Shown one piece after another: positions 63,579 through 64,000 of a DNA stretch of 64,000 nucleotides. The stretch's first letter is position 1; each line of letters opens with the position of its first letter. The notes under the pieces were generated by a model. The model saw nothing but the letters and a program-made list of their open reading frames with translations, was not told the DNA's origin and did no database searches. Made by a program: the position numbers and the translations under genes. Source of the stretch: Takakia lepidozioides (taxonomy: Eukaryota > Plantae > Bryophyta); assembly GCA_030704615.1 (NCBI GenBank), contig CM060731.1, positions 96,155,903 through 96,219,902 on the forward strand, in the 5' to 3' direction.

Positions 63579-64000
63579 TGTCGCGGCCCTTTGCCTTGAG
63601 GGCAGGGGGTCGGGACACATGAGGGGCTGCCCCTGTGGTGGGGGCAGCGGCAGCGATAGGTATGGGGGGCTGAAGCACCCTTGAGTGCCCAAGGCACTCA
63701 AGGAGGCGGAGGCGCTCACTAGGTGGAGCCCCGCACACCGGGTTGCGGTGGAGGTGGCTCCACAAGGGGTGGTGGTAGCTTAGTGGGGGTGGCATAGGAC
63801 TCACCATGGGGTGGAGACCTCGAGGTGGGAGTCGTGGGGAGTCTTGGGACTCATCACGGTCCATTGGGGCCGCGGTGAGTGGGCCAAGACTCACCGCGAC
63901 TCACCACCGGGAGTCGAGGGTTTTCGTGGTGGTTCACCATAAAATGGCATGGCTGGTTATGAAACCCCCGCGGACAGCTACAGAAGTATATATAGGGAGT
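63579..64000. mobile_element. Probable LTR (starts TGTCGCGG) inserted into the satellite
   Basis: Abrupt mid-monomer switch to GC-rich unique sequence starting with TG, containing ACTCAC/GAGTC repeats. Confidence 0.55.

Overview
Land-plant nuclear DNA (spliceosomal introns, a plant family-1 UGT and PPR debris; a bryophyte source is my inference). It is almost entirely nested transposons around one intact host gene, a 4-exon UDP-glycosyltransferase at 39694-42616 (-). The main finding is a family of Mutator-like (MULE) DNA transposons with a GCM/WRKY-like-DDE-SWIM transposase whose cargo is a multi-exon gene joining a ParB/Sulfiredoxin domain (VWDGNHRLLAW) to a prokaryote-type beta-class amino-DNA-methyltransferase fold, with motif IV read as DIPDG. 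Element A (8580-21614) has both ends in the window, with short TIRs and a perfect 9-bp TSD (GGTTATAGG). A diverged second copy, element B, starts at ~52006 and runs off the window. Each carries its own array of palindromic tandem repeats: GGAAATTCGGCGCCGAATTTCC in A, and a 116-bp monomer with an 18-bp-arm hairpin in B. Each is inserted into a related MULE (A into X, B into C). Also present are a 13.9-kb long-TIR Ulp1-carrying MULE (D, 22862-36788), a Gypsy-type LTR element at the left edge, a Tc1/mariner-type non-autonomous element, and CACTA, PPR and LTR remnants. Most TE genes carry frameshifts or stops, so decay and indel errors cannot be separated from the sequence alone. All domain calls come from motif recognition by eye, not database searches.
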